The notes beneath the pieces are model-generated. The model searched no databases and was not told the origin of the DNA. It worked only from the letters and a program-made list of their open reading frames with translations. A DNA stretch of 64,000 nucleotides from an uncultured Pseudomonadota bacterium (lineage in GTDB: Bacteria > Oederibacteriota > Muellerivitia > Muellerivitales > Muellerivitaceae). Made by a program: the position numbers and the translations under genes. The first letter of the stretch is position 1, and the number at the start of each line of letters is the position of its first letter. Shown here piece after piece: positions 63,078 to 64,000 of the stretch. The stretch is taken from positions 1 through 64,000 of the forward strand of contig CAWJKT010000001.1 in the NCBI GenBank assembly GCA_963843375.1. The letters are read 5' to 3'.

Positions 63078-64000
63078 TTAATGCCCCAGCTTTGGTCTGA
63101 GCTTTCTCAAAACTTTTTTCACTTTCTTGCTCTTTTTGTCGGGTTCAATCAGGTTTCCTTCCTCGTCGATCTGATGGCGCTTTTTGTTTTCCAAATTCGA
63201 CATCAGACTATAGGCGCATGGCACCACCAGCAGGGTGAGGATAGTTGAGAAGACAATTCCGCCGATGATGGCGATTGACATGGGCTGGCGCAGTTCGGCA
63301 CCCGGACCCAAGGCCAGGGCGGCCGGAATCGCCCCTGCGACGGTGGCAAACGAGGTCATCAAGATTGGCCTGAGGCGGATGGGACAGGCATCCAACAAGG
63401 CCTCGTGGACGTTCATTCCTCCCGCCCGGCGTTGGTTGGTGAAATCCACTAGCATGATCGAGTTTTTCTTCACTAAGCCCATCAATAGAATGATGCCCAC
63501 CATGCTGTAAATACTCAGGGCCTGACCTGTTGCCAAAAGAGAGAAAAAGGCCCCCGTCACGCTGAAAGGCAGGGCCAGCAGAATGACAATGGGGTGGATA
63601 AAGCTGTTGAATTGGCTCCCCAAAACCATATAAGCCACCGCGATGCCTAAAATCATGACGAAAAGCAGCTGGCCGAGGGAATTGGAATTGGATTGGGAGG
63701 AACCGGTCAGAGCGACGCTGTAACCGGGGGGAAGAAGGCTTTTGCAAATCCGCACCGCCTCATCTAAACAGTCCTGTTGGGAAACGCCCGTTGCGGGGTT
63801 GGCGTAGAAGAACACCGCCCTTTGGCGCATGTCCCGGGGAATTTGCTGGAGGGAGGGAACGATTTTCAGGTCGGCCACGGAGGAAGTGGGGAGAACTTCC
63901 CCGCGATTATTGCGCACATAAATGTTTTTAACAGAATCGGGTCCCGTCCGCTGGTTGCTGGGCACGCGCATGGCAATATCGTTGTCGTGTCCCCCCTCAT
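63078..64000 (-). CDS. RND efflux transporter permease (AcrB/MdtB-like), C-terminal part
   Basis: SQFNSFIHP, GLVKKNSIMLVDF, RLRPILMTS, LRQPMSIAIIGG. Confidence 0.92.
   Translation of the reverse strand, partial: EGGHDNDIAMRVPSNQRTGPDSVKNIYVRNNRGEVLPTSSVADLKIVPSLQQIPRDMRQRAVFFYANPATGVSQQDCLDEAVRICKSLLPPGYSVALTGSSQSNSNSLGQLLFVMILGIAVAYMVLGSQFNSFIHPIVILLALPFSVTGAFFSLLATGQALSIYSMVGIILLMGLVKKNSIMLVDFTNQRRAGGMNVHEALLDACPIRLRPILMTSFATVAGAIPAALALGPGAELRQPMSIAIIGGIVFSTILTLLVVPCAYSLMSNLENKKRHQIDEEGNLIEPDKKSKKVKKVLRKLRPKLGH

Overview
The window is two unrelated pieces of DNA joined at about 9670. Segment A (1-~9670) is very GC-rich, actinobacterial-looking and full of indels. It holds a peptide ABC transporter, a cupin, a methyltransferase and a minus-strand pyk / Mo-hydroxylase L-M-S / hyi / tartronate-semialdehyde reductase cluster. 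Segment B (~9670-64000) is visibly less GC-rich and comes from a diderm bacterium (porin, beta-barrels, RND pump). It runs: truncated proS, a PolC lacking its exonuclease domain, rimP-nusA-infB-rbfA-DHH-truB-ribF-rpsO-pnp, a TPR-type sigma54 activator, envelope genes and ispE, tRNA-Gln with an integrase remnant, ~21 kb of accessory genes (many secreted, several phosphate-scavenging), then glmU-prs-rplY-pth. pyk and proS are both cut at the junction, so an assembly or read chimera is the most likely explanation. Single-base frameshifts in essential genes look like sequencing errors. Best candidate for a new system: a Zn-ribbon/TPR sigma54 activator followed by two TGT-N11-ACA sites, a near-consensus -24/-12 promoter and an ~85-nt structured RNA with an exposed anti-Shine-Dalgarno (UCACCUCCU); the same TGT-N11-ACA site also sits in front of the activator's own operon. 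Other highlights are the exonuclease-less PolC and a phosphate-scavenging locus with Pho-box-like repeats. All calls come from reading the sequence; no searches were run.
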